Below, in pieces: positions 46,801 to 57,342 of a stretch of DNA of 64,000 nucleotides. The position numbers were made by a program, and so were the translations under genes. Under the pieces are notes generated by a model, which saw only the letters and a program-made list of their open reading frames with translations, had not been told where the DNA came from and did no database searches. How positions within the stretch are numbered: position 1 is the first letter of the stretch; each line of letters begins with the position of its first letter. The stretch comes from Chiloscyllium plagiosum (Eukaryota). Location: the NCBI RefSeq assembly GCF_004010195.1, contig NC_057730.1:20564168-20628167 (forward strand). Reading direction: 5' to 3'.

Positions 46801-49800
46801 TCTGAATTTAATAATATGGAGTTGAAATATGTAGCTTTAGGTGGTAAGAAAATGTGAAATAATTAAGATCATCATAAAGTATTAGAGTCATAGAGACACA
46901 TAGCATGTCAGTCCAACTCGCCTTCGCCAATCAGATATCTTAAACTGAACTCATCCCATTTGCCAGCATTTGGCCCATATCCCTCTAAACCTTTCCTGTC
47001 AATATACCTGTCCAAATGTCTTTCAAATGTTGTAACTGTACCTGCTTCTACCATTTCCTCTAGCAGCTCATTCCATACATACACTACCCCCCGTGGAAAA
47101 AGTTACCCCTCAGGTCCCTTTTAAATCTTTCCCCTCTCACGCTAAAACTATGCCCTCTAGTTTTGAACTCCCCACCCCCGGGAAAACTCCTTGGCTATTC
47201 ACGATATCTATACCCCTGATGATCTTATAAACTTCTATAAGGTCACCCCTCAGTCTCCACTGCTCCAGGGAAAATAGCTCTAGCCTATTTAGCCTCTCCC
47301 TATAGCTCAAGCCTTCCAAACGTGGCAACATCCACATAAATCCTTTCTGAATCCTTTCAAGTTTCGCAACATCCTTCCTATAGCAGGGAGGCCAAAATTG
47401 AACACAGAATTCTAAAAGCGTCCTCACTAATCAACTATACAGCTGCAACATGGCATCTCACTCCTATACTTCACTTTCAAGGAACTATGCACCTGCACGC
47501 ATAGGTCTCTTTGTTTGGCAACACTCCCCAGGGCCCTACCATTAACTGCTGAGCCACGGGGTGGTTGGGTTGGTTGGTCCGGGTGTCCCAGAGGTGTTCT
47601 CTGAAACGTTCCGCAAGTAGGCGCCCTGTCTGTATCGGCGCTGCCTCGTGCTCTCACAAGGAGGTTGAACAGTTCATCCACTTTACCAACACCTTCCACC
47701 CCGACCTCAAATTTACCTGGACCGTCTCAGACTCTTCCTCCCTTTCCTAGACTTCTCCATTTCTATCTCGGGCGACCGAATCAACACGGACATTTACTAT
47801 AAACCGACCGACTCCCACAGCTACCTAGACTACACCTCCTCCCACCCTGCCCCCTGTAAAAACGCCATCCCATATTCCCAATTCCTTCGTCTCCGCCACA
47901 TCTGCTCCCAGGAGGACCAATTCCAATACNNNNNNNNNNNNNNNNNNNNNNNNNNNNNNNNNNNNNNNNNNNNNNNNNNNNNNNNNNNNNNNNNNNNNNN
48001 NNNNNNNNNNNNNNNNNNNNNNNNNNNNNNNNNNNNNNNNNNNNNNNNNNNNNNNNNNNNNTTCGTCAGGTCCACACCCCCCACCAACTCAACCTCCACT
48101 CCCGGCACCTTCCCCTGCAACCACAAGAAATGCAAAACTTGCGCCCACACCTTCCCCCTTACTTCCCTCCAAGGCCCCAAGGGATCCTTCCATAACCGCC
48201 ACAAATTCACCTGCACGTCCATACACATCATTTACTGCATCCGCTGCACCCGATGTGGCCTCCTCTATATTGGGGAGACAGGCCGCCTACTTGCGGAACG
48301 TTTCAGAGAACACCTCTGGGACACCCGGATCACGGTGGGCGGCACAGTGGTTAGCACTGCTGCCTCACAGCGCTAGAGACCCGGGTTCAATTCCCGCCTC
48401 AGGCGACTGACTGTGTGGAGTTTGCACGTTCTCCCCGTGTCTGCATGGGTTTCCTCCGGGTGCTCCGGTTTCCTCCCACAGTCCAAAGATGTGCAGGGTC
48501 AGGTAAATTGGCCATACTAAATTGCCCGTAGTGTTAGGTAAGGGGTAAATGTAGGAGTATGGGTGGGTTTCGCTTCGGCGGGTCGGTGTGGACTTGTTGG
48601 GCCGAAGGGCCTGTTTCCACACTGTAATGTAATGTAATCTAATCTAATCTAAACCAACCCAACCACCCCATGGCTCAACACTTCAACTCCCCCTCTCACT
48701 CCACCAAGGACATGCAGGTCCTAGGACTCCTCCATCACCAGATAATAGCAACACGACGGCTGGAGGAAGAGTGCCTCATCTTCCGCCTAGGAACCTTCCA
48801 TCACAAGGGATGAACTCAGATTTCTCCAGTTTCCTCATTTCCCCTCCCACCACCTTGTCTCAGTCAAATCCCTCGAACTCAGCACCACCTTCCTAACCTG
48901 CAATCTTCTTCCTGACCTCTCCACCCCCCACTCCGGCCTATCACCCTCACCTTAACCTTAACCTCCTTCCACCTATCGCATTTCCAACGTCCCTCCTCCC
49001 TACCTTTTATCTTAGCCTGCTTGGCATACTTTCCTAATTCCTGAAGAAGGGCTCATGCCCGAAACGTCGATTCTCCTGCTCCTTGGATGCTGCCTGACCT
49101 GCTGCGCTTTTCCAGCAACACATTTTCAGCTCATATTAATGTCATATTGGCTCCTGTTCATTAATACAATTTTTCCTCATTATAGCATATAGATAGCAAA
49201 AAAATTAAATCATTTCATTAGGCCAATTATTTAGGACTGAGGTGAGTAGAAATTATTCCACCTAAAAGATGATGAAATTCTCTACCCAAGAGCATTATGG
49301 ATGTTCCATTGTTGAATACAATGCTGAGAGAAAGAAATTTAATCTCTCAGCGTATTAAGGGATATGGGGGAGTGGGCAGGAAAATAGTGTTAAAGTCCAC
49401 ATCAACCTTGATTGAATTAAATGGTGGAGCAGGTTCGGTGGGCCATATGGTCTGATCCTACTCCAATTTTTGCATTTAGCTGAAGTGGCTGATCATTGGC
49501 ATTTTTAACTGCTGTTTGTTCTTTAGTTCCTTATTCTTATAGCTCTTTGTGGTTATACTAATAAATACTCAACTTACAGTCACAGATTCATATAGCATGG
49601 AAACAGACCCTTTGGTCCAACTCATCCACACTGACCAGACATCCCAATCTGATCTAGTCCCATTTGCCAGCATTTGGATCATATCCTGGCAGATGGAGTT
49701 TAATTTAGATAAACGCAAGGTGCTACATTTTGGTAAGGCAAATCAGGTCAGGACTTATCATTAAGCGTATAATGTCTGGGGAGTGTTGTTAAACAGAGAC

Positions 49801-52132
49801 CTTGGGGTTCAGTTCCATAATACATTGAAAGAAGAATTGCAGGTAGACAGGCTAGTGAAAGTGGTGTTTGGGATACATGACTTTATTGGTCAGTGCATTG
49901 AATATAGGAGATCAGAGTTCATGTTCTGGCTGTATAGGACATTGGTTAGGCCACTTTTGGAATACTGCATTCAATTCCGATCTCTTTGCTATAAAGAAAT
50001 GCTGGCAAATGGGACTAGATTTATTTAACTTATCTAGTCAACATGGCCGAGTGGACTGAAGGATTTGTTTCCGTGTTGTACATCTCTGTGACTCTAAACT
50101 CTTCCTATTCATATACCCATCTAGATGCCTTTTAAATGTTGTAATTGTACCAGCCTACACCACTTCCTCTAGCAGCTCATTCATGCACACCCTCTGCATG
50201 AAAAAGTTACCCTTCCAGTCCCTTTTAAATCTTTCCCATCACACCTTAAACTGAGAAGTTAAAGTTATCTTAACCAACTTAATCTGACCATTGCAATCCT
50301 TTGACAGCTGGATTGTTTTGAAGCAATGAAAGTTTTGGATAAATCTCTCACCTGCACACAAATACTGTTCAAATTTATATCCTCCATATATCAATTCTTC
50401 CTGCATTTCAGTCCGCTGCTCTCTCTGCCGTCTGGCTTCCTCGGTTTCTACCTCACTCATGTAATAGGTTCCATGAAACAGAGTCACTGCCAACATCCAT
50501 CCCTCTCGGTTCTCATAAGGAGTAGTTAGAATTTTAGTCAGATGTCCTCTCCATGTGATGAAGTCTGTGTGTAGCTGACTATAAGTAGAAACAGACATAG
50601 ACAATCTCATAAACCAGCAAAACATACACAAGAAAGAAAACAGCACAGTTGATCTGTTTCCATTGCCAACAGCCAGGGATGTACAAGGTTAACACTATTA
50701 ACTATTATAATCAGGTTGCAATAGGAAATATTCCCTGGTTAATCCTCTTCATACTACAGGAGTTTTGTCTTTGCACCACTGTAGGATGAAGGGCAGAGTA
50801 TGAAGATTTGAATAGGTTGACAAGTTTCGTTCTCTCTGCAGTAACATTAGGAACTCTAGTTATGTGAATACAAAATCTTTTGTGTATTTTCCCCCTGATA
50901 AGTACAATTTAACTGCAGCTTGAATCCAGTTAGAGCTCAAGGTGACAGCAGAGTAAGATTCCTGAGTAAGTAAATTTCACTTCTCTTCATAATCATTTCA
51001 GGCCTTAATTCATGATTTTCAAAACACAAATTCAACTTTGTTCTCTTTATACCACACAAAGCTTGTTTTCACTTATTGAGGAAGTATCTGTAAGGAACCC
51101 ATCAAACACAAAATAAAGGGACAGAAAATTAAGGAATCAAGATCACATTCCTTCACTGAAAGACTATCTTGTCATATAAATGCACATGGCCATAAAGTGC
51201 TTAGCTACCATAGTTACGAGCAAATAAACTGATTACTCTATGGTGACATTTTCACACAATGACAATCATCTAAACACCTGTATCATTAAAAAAATTACAT
51301 ACATTTCCTGATTGGAGAATGGGCTGGCACACTAGGCCAGACTTTGGCTTTTGAATTATGAGTTAGGGTTCAAATATATGCTCAGGTGATTGTAAGGTCA
51401 TATATAAATGAGTTTAATCAGTTCCAGGTCGCAAAGTAGAAGCCTGCCCCCAATTCAAGACTAAACTGACACTTTCCACTCAGTTGCTGATATGGATTTG
51501 AGGGAAACTCTGAGGTGGAAACTAAATATGGTTCAAGGAAGAATCAAAGAAAATTCACTCTAGTTAACCGCAGACTGCTGAATGTTGACAATGGATTTTG
51601 AAACTAAAAATGTTCCATTCCCTCAGGAGCTTTGTAACAAACGATACTGTTCTACAGCTAACATTACAACTTACTTTGATAAAGCAGGTGATTTGTCACC
51701 ACCAGACAGCGTGGGGAATTTGTATTTGTTCAATAATATCCACTTCAGGATATGATCCAGCTTTTCCTTAATGTTATCATTCCTTTTTATGTATCTGTCT
51801 TTGTAACCATCCCGTAGATTGAAATTTGGATTCTTGCTGGCGGGTTTCACACAGTATTTTAGCTGCCTGGCATCATTGAAGAGCTGGCGATTTGAATCTA
51901 ATGAAAAGCAGCCAATCTCAACAGGCTGCCTGTAGTCAGGAAAGCTCTTGTCATAATAGTCAGGCTGTACAGGAAGGGCGAGTTTACTGTCTGCATTGTT
52001 TGTGCGTAAGATGTAGTGTTCATCAGTTTCTGTTTTTGGTAATTTAATCCCACTTTCTTGACTATCATCTGCTTTTCTTTTAAAGACTTCCCGACCAGAC
52101 GATTCTCGACTGGTGTTGAAATGTCGATTCAT
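37838..52132 (-). CDS. DXO: Decapping and exoribonuclease protein (DXO/Dom3Z), 423 aa
   Basis: Coding exons 52132-51675, 50578-50352, 46084-45865, 41497-41362, 40218-40124 and 37973-37838 (TGA) total 1272 nt in one open frame. Motifs [54 protein letters not shown] and [10 protein letters not shown] are intact. An acceptor at 52164-52165 implies an upstream non-coding exon. Confidence 0.96.
38328..38630. mobile_element. PLE-derived hammerhead relic (-, 38328-38398) plus a 226-bp palindrome (38405-38630)
   Basis: Minus strand 38396-38362 reads CAC-CTGACGA-A-GGAGC-AGT-GCTCC-AAAA-GCTT-GTG. Palindrome arms are gttggactggg..gacaaagtca / tgactttgtcc..cagtccaac, centred on gctttcagag-gggta-ctctgaaagc. 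Confidence 0.75.
39440..40025. mobile_element. HE1 SINE (+, about 39535-39812) inserted into an antiparallel HE1 SINE (-, about 39440-39534 and 39813-40025)
   Basis: The + copy starts acggtggcccagtggttagcactgctgcctcacag. The - copy is split within cccagacc|cattccccta and has a (ttaga)n tail at about 39440. Confidence 0.9.
41862..42447 (-). mobile_element. CR1 LINE 3' portion
   Basis: ORF 42028-42315 ([23 protein letters not shown]) plus a CR1 tail. Confidence 0.92.
42450..45290 (-). mobile_element. CR1 LINE ORF2, endonuclease plus RT, internally deleted and frameshifted
   Basis: ORFs 45068-45274 ([22 protein letters not shown]) and 44450-44845 ([19 protein letters not shown]) are APE endonuclease. 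ORF 43186-44109 ([31 protein letters not shown]) is RT. A ttctttgttctt-type tail lies near 42455. Confidence 0.95.
46884..47546 (-). mobile_element. CR1 LINE 3' portion
   Basis: ORF 47137-47427 ([27 protein letters not shown]) plus a CR1 tail. Confidence 0.92.
47930..48061. other. Assembly gap (N run)
   Basis: Run of N inside the PLE. Confidence 1.
48330..48651 (+). mobile_element. HE1 SINE inserted in the PLE GIY-YIG region
   Basis: Head ggcacagtggttagcactgctgcctcacagcgctagagacccgggttcaattcc and tail (taatg)(taatc)n. PLE sequence resumes with aaccaaccc. Confidence 0.93.
49038..49072 (+). ncRNA. Minimal type I hammerhead ribozyme-like motif (PLE)
   Basis: CUGAAGA-A-GGGC-UCAU-GCCC-GAAA-CGUC has an intact core, a stem II hairpin and a palindromic ACGU. 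Stem I is weak. Confidence 0.6.
49566..50250. mobile_element. CR1 (+, about 49688-50096, internally deleted) inserted into an antiparallel CR1 3' end (-)
   Basis: The minus copy is split at catatcc|ctctaaac. The plus copy encodes WQMEFNLDK and [14 protein letters not shown] and ends in gtgactcta. Confidence 0.82.
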
Positions 52133-52305
52133 ATTGTCACAGTTCTTGACTTAATTAAACAATCTGCAAGAAATTAAGAGAAACAACACATTAAATATAA
52201 TCAACAGAAAAAAAAACAATATTATGTGAGTTACTTTATCCTACTGGAAGATTATTTCAGCAGCTCGGTTAGTAAAGGCAGTAGGTAACTAAACATTGAC
52301 CATTC

Positions 52306-52473
52306 ATCCTACAAATAAAAACAAAATACTCTGGATGCTGCAGATTTGAAATTAAAACAGGAAATGCTGGAGAAACTCAGCAGATTTGGCAGCATCTGTT
52401 TCTGTACCTGTCTGCAAATGTTGCCAGACCTGCTGAGTTTTCCCAGTACTTTGTAGGATAAAATAAAAACAAA
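52306..52473. mobile_element. PLE-terminus-derived short palindrome
   Basis: Arms tgctggagaaactcagcagatttggcagcat / atgttgccagacctgctgagttttcccagta, similar to the PLE 3' termini at 49085-49120 and 59731-59875. Confidence 0.7.
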
Positions 52474-53371
52474 TCCCAATTCAATTCTCAGTTAATATTG
52501 GGTTTGTTGATCAAGGTGCATTAAGTGACTTCTCTGACTGTATAAGAGAAAAGAGAAAATATAAATGATCAGCCAGAGCATGAGTCTGCAATGTAGTGAC
52601 CTACATAGTGGTTGTTGATCAAGAAAAAGGAACTTGCCCTGGATGCCTAAAACCTGTCCATTCTTTAGACATAAAGAATAGATAATTGTGGTCCAGCTTG
52701 AATGAGTACTTTCAACAGACAAGATAGAAAAGTAACTTGGACTTTGCTACTTAACTTGGGTTATCCAGATGAAACATTTAAAATCACTTATTCTAATAGG
52801 ATTAAATTATCCATTTAAAATTTAGCAAATACCCACACAAATATGAGTGACAAATTTCACACAAACTAGTGTATTTTATATTAATCACTAAAATAGTGGC
52901 TGGGCATTAAAGATATTCAGAATATCGGCATTTGAGTCAAACATTCAAGTTAATTAAAAGAGTTTGTAAATACACTGAACTATCCAGTATAACCATTCTA
53001 TGTCTTTCAATTTCCATAATTACAATACATTTCACTTCCATCCATCATGGGGGATTGCTAAAAACAAAGTTGTTTTAATATACAAACTATGAACTCCTGC
53101 TTTATTATAATCCAGTCTTTACAATTCAAAGACCTTTTCTGCACAATATTAGAATTACCTGATGATTTGTATTAGTATAATACATTGAACAGAAGGGAAC
53201 TGTTAAATATTCCATAATGATTACAAAAAGGACATTTGATGCACAGGTTCCATAGAATGCCATTGCAGAGATAGCCATTCAGTCCAAATGGTCTGTGTTG
53301 TGTGTTGTTCAATTACAATGTTGTGATGTTGATCAGGCTGTGACTTACAATTATTGTGTGTGATTTTTAAG

Positions 53372-55405
53372 GTTTTTGCAAAGATCTATAGCTCGGGTTG
53401 TGGATGAGGTAGTAGGTTAGCTTGCTGAGCTGTTGGGTTATCGTGCAGATGTTTCATTACCATACTGGGTGACATCATCAGTGCGAGTTCTGTCCCACTT
53501 GGCTTCTAAGTGGCCCAGTCTGTTGAGGTGTGTTACTTCTGTGTCTTCTCTGCAGTGGTTTGTACACTGGGTCTATGTATTTGTTGATGGCCTCTTTGGT
53601 TGAAAATCAGGCTTCCAAAAACTCTCTTGCGTGCCTCTGTTGGCTTGTCCCAGGATAGTAACTTTGTCATAGTTGAACTGATGGCCCTCTCAGTCTGTGT
53701 GTAAGCGGAAGGGGGAGAGTGGATCAGTTTGTTTAATAGCCAGTTGGTGTTCATGAAGTTGGATGACTAGTTTTCGAACTGTTTATCTGATGTAGTGCTT
53801 GTTGCAAGGAATTCTGTATACCAAATTAGTCCTGCATGCTATGAGTATAGGGTACTTAGTCCTGGTAAGTAGCTGGCATAGTGTGGCTGTTGGTTGGTGT
53901 GCCACTATAATACCTAGTGGTCATAACAGCTTGGTAGTTAATTCTGATATGATTTTTCACATAGGGTAGGGTGGCCAGTGTTTTAGTAGGTACAGTGTCT
54001 TCTTGGCGTTGTCTGTTGGATAGGCCTTGGCGGACGAAGCTGATGGGGTATCCGATATTAGCCAAGACTTTGCGTAAATGTTCTTCTTTATACAGTTCTG
54101 GTGTGTTGCAGTGTGTCACGGCTCTTTCGAATAATGTCTTGACATAACTCCACACTACTAGAGGATCCAGTGACAGTGACTCCCAGCTGTTAAAGCTCAT
54201 TTGGCTTATCATATAAGTATCATTCTTACACATCAACACCATCAGTACGGACAATATGCTCAAGCTGCTCGACCTATGCCTTACTACCCACTTTGTCTTC
54301 AACGGTTAGACATATCAACAGGTCAACGGCACACCAACGGGCTCTCCCATCTCGGAACTAACATCAAAAGCAGTCATGCAGAGACTTGAAAAAACAGCCC
54401 TTTCCCTGACCCAACCAAAACAATGGATACGATACATGGATGACACCTTTGTCATCATCAAATGTACTAGACTGGAAGAAACACCACCTCATCAATAGTA
54501 TATCCACTAGTATCAAGTTTACCAGGGAGGAAGAGAACAATAACTAACTCACATTCCTAGATATTATGGTAGAATGGATGACCAAAGCAGGAGTTACAAC
54601 CAAAGTATATAGGAAACCCACTCAGATGGACCAGATCCTCAATGACAACAGCGACCACGCCAATGTCCACAAACGGAGCTGTGTCAATCCACTATTCAAA
54701 AGAGCCATGACACACTGCAACACAGCAGAACTGTATAAAGAAGAACACTTACACAGAGTCTTTGCTAACATCGGATACCCCAGTAGCTTCGTCCACCAAT
54801 GCCTATCCAACAAACAATGCCAAGAAAATACTGTACCTACCAAAACACTATCCACCCAACTCTATGGGAAGATCATATCAGAACTAACTACCAGGCTGGT
54901 ACGACCACTAGGTATTATGGTGGCACACCAACCAACAGTCACACTACGTCAGCTATTTACCTATTCAGCTAAGGACTCCATACCCATAGCATGCATAGCA
55001 TTGGACAAACAATTAGAAAGCTAGCCATCCAACATCATGAATACCAACTGGCTATTAAACAAAATGATCTACTCTCCTTCATCTCCATACACACAGCCCG
55101 AAAGGGCCATCAATTCAACTATGACAAAGTTACTATCCTGGGACAAGCCAACCAGAGACACGCAAGAGAGTTCTTGGAAGCCTGGTTTTCAACTAAAAAG
55201 ACCATCAACAAACACACAGACCCAGTTTACAAACCACTGAAAAGTAGATACGGAAGTGACACTAACCTCAACGGGCTGGACCACGTAAAAAACCAATCAG
55301 AACAGAACAACAGCGCTTCACAGAAGTTGCACTGATGTTGTTACCCAGTATGGTAATAAAACACCTGCATGATAACCCAACAGCTCAGTGAGCTAACCAA
55401 CTATT
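53372..55405. mobile_element. Penelope-like element (Penelope/Poseidon type): + body about 54200-55405 preceded by an inverted 3' arm about 53372-54155
   Basis: The + strand encodes NGTPTGSPIS, WIRYMDDTFVII, VYRKPTQMDQIL..HKRSCV..LFKRA.THC and AREFLEAWFS. The - arm encodes the same region (LATLPYVK) and a decayed NLVYRIPCNKHYI GIY-YIG motif. Hammerhead motifs lie at both outer ends. Confidence 0.9.
53445..53484 (-). ncRNA. Minimal type I hammerhead ribozyme motif (PLE)
   Basis: GCA-CUGAUGA-U-GUCACC-CAGUAU-GGUAAU-GAAA-CAUC-UGC has an intact core and a 3-bp stem I (GCA/UGC). Confidence 0.65.
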
Positions 55406-55627
55406 TCATTCTGTACGATGGGCAGAAATGGGAATGCACTTGGAAAAGCAATTCCTGATGTTTCCTATTGTTCGGGACTGAATGAAACGAGGGGAGTGGC
55501 AAATATGATTTTAATAGAATCAAAATATTTGCGCACACCAAACTTCAGAAACCTTTTGTTATTTGAAATTAGGTCCAGCTCACATCAGGTCAGCTTATGG
55601 TTAGAATCTGTGCAACAATGTCATTGT

Positions 55628-55952
55628 CAGAGTCATAGAGATGTACAGCCCAGAAACAGACCCTTCAGTCCAACTCATCCATGACAACCAGATACCCTAA
55701 TCTAATCGAGTCCCAGGAACTAGCACTTGGTCCATATCCCTTGAAACCTTTCCTATTTATATACCCATCCAGATGCCTTTTACATGTTGTAATTGTACCA
55801 GCCTCCAATACTTCCTCTGGCAGCTCATTCCATACATGCACCCCCCCCATCACCTCGTGCATGAAAAAGTTATCCCTTAGGTCCCTTTTAAATTTTTCCC
55901 CTCTCACCCTCAAGCTATGCCCTCTAGTTCTGGACTCCCCCACCCCAGTGAA
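55628..55952 (-). mobile_element. CR1 LINE 3' end
   Basis: ORF 55665-56039 includes [23 protein letters not shown], with tail agagtcatagagatgtacagc. Confidence 0.92.
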
Positions 55953-57150
55953 AATGTCCTTCATGCTCCTCGCCTCTGAACAAGACCTCCTGCTATCTTC
56001 AAAAATAAAAACACTTGATTGTCGTTCAATCCAAAACATTAACTCTGATTTCTCTCCACAGATGCTACCAAATCTGCTCCGCTTTTCCAGTAATTTTCTG
56101 TTTTTATTTGATTTACAGCATCCGCAGTTCTTTCACTTCTTATTGCTATCTTGTCTGGTTTGCCATACTCTATTGTCCAGTACATTTTCTTTAAAAGTTA
56201 TTAGTGGTTGCATACTGCACAAGATAGCTTCGTGATACAAAGATACACAAGAATTGCCTTCAAAATGCTTGTCCATTTATTTTCATGAATCTTACCTCTT
56301 TAACTGCTTGCTGTAAACAAATATCTTTGTTGTTTTTCTTTGCTTCCTTCGGTAACCAACATTGATCCAATACTGAAAGCATGGTTTTATTTGTTTTTCC
56401 TTCAGACTCAATATATCCGAACTGGCAATATCTTTTGGCATGTAATTAATTTAGTAACAAAGATCTCACTGTTTATTTTGCTTTTACAGATCAACCTTTT
56501 GACTACTGACACATTCTCATCACACTCCACCAATAATCAAGGATTGTGTCAATCACACATTTCCTTAACAAACAGCATGAAATGTAACTCAGTGTTAATA
56601 ATTTCCTACCTTGTTAAACATCAACTTCTGATACCAACATCTTCCTTTAATGCAACTTAGTATCATTAAGATGGCAGTTCAATGATGAAATGTATCATAT
56701 GTTGCTGAGGCATAGAGCCCAGGATGTTCTTTAGATTGGGGGGGGGGGAGCTAATGACAGGGCAACAGAGGGAGGACCATGGAATTAGCCCCAGCATTCC
56801 GGAACCAGGAAGAAAAACAGATAGATAGGACCTCTATTTAAAGAGTCATAGTTCCCAATTGGTAAGCACGTGCAACTGTTGAAAGGGGATAGGAATCGAA
56901 CCAGCCACAACACACCATTTGTGCACCTCCTTTGAACGTCAGATTTCTTCAAAAATATGGCAGCTCGAATGAGATAATCAAAGGTTGCTAGTGCCAGTGG
57001 AACTGACCATTTTAAAAAGTACCTAAAGGGGCCTTAATATTAACCTAATATAATTCTTCTGTAAATGCTAACATAGCAAGTTTTGAGAAGATTTGTAACT
57101 CAGGTTGAGGTTCTGGATGTAGGTTTGCTCGCTGAGCTGGAAGGTTCTTT

Positions 57151-57190
57151 CCAGACGTTTCGTCACCCTACTAGGTAACATCCTCAGTGG
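57151..57190 (-). ncRNA. Minimal type I hammerhead ribozyme motif
   Basis: CCA-CUGAGGA-U-GUUACC-UAGUAG-GGUGAC-GAAA-CGUC-UGG has an intact core, stem I CCA/UGG, palindromic ACGU and a GUC triplet. Confidence 0.75.
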
Positions 57191-57252
57191 GCCTCCGGGC
57201 GAAACACTGCTGATAGAAAGCAGGAATTATCAGTAGTGCTTCGCCCGGAGGC

Positions 57253-57292
57253 CCACTGAAGATGTTACCTAGTAGGGTGATGAAACGTCTGG
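57253..57292 (+). ncRNA. Minimal type I hammerhead ribozyme motif
   Basis: CCA-CUGAAGA-U-GUUACC-UAGUAG-GGUGAU-GAAA-CGUC-UGG. Confidence 0.72.
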
Positions 57293-57342
57293 AAATGAAC
57301 CTTCCAGCTCAGCGAGCAAACCTACATCAAGTAAATGCGAAC

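Larger units (their letters stand above)
47547..49132 (+). mobile_element. Penelope-like element (Neptune type) with inverted 5' segment, RT C-terminus, Cys knuckle, GIY-YIG endonuclease and 3' hammerhead
   Basis: Encodes [33 protein letters not shown] and [30 protein letters not shown]. Segment 47547-47631 is an inverted copy of the endonuclease region. CTGAAGA..GAAAC occurs at 49041-49065. Confidence 0.9.
57074..57330. mobile_element. PLE-derived fold-back mini-element with two antiparallel hammerheads and a target-site duplication
   Basis: Near-perfect inverted repeat 57116-57215 / 57228-57328. Flanking direct repeat GTAAATGC(T/G)AAC at 57061-57072 and 57331-57342. Confidence 0.85.

Noticed and set aside
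48337-48400. tRNA-like box A/box B sequences (also at about 5270-5335, 39540-39600 and 39975-40025)
   Set aside because: These are heads of HE1 SINEs continuing into SINE body and tail, not tRNA genes.
55681-56235. 184-aa ORF and similar ORFs such as 41867-42289 and 43301-43786
   Set aside because: They are antisense translations of CR1 LINE sequence.
57116-57328. Long hairpin as a conserved miRNA precursor or DNA-transposon MITE
   Set aside because: The arms are homologous to PLE termini and contain hammerhead cores. The element has an asymmetric unpaired end and a 12-bp TSD rather than terminal inverted repeats.
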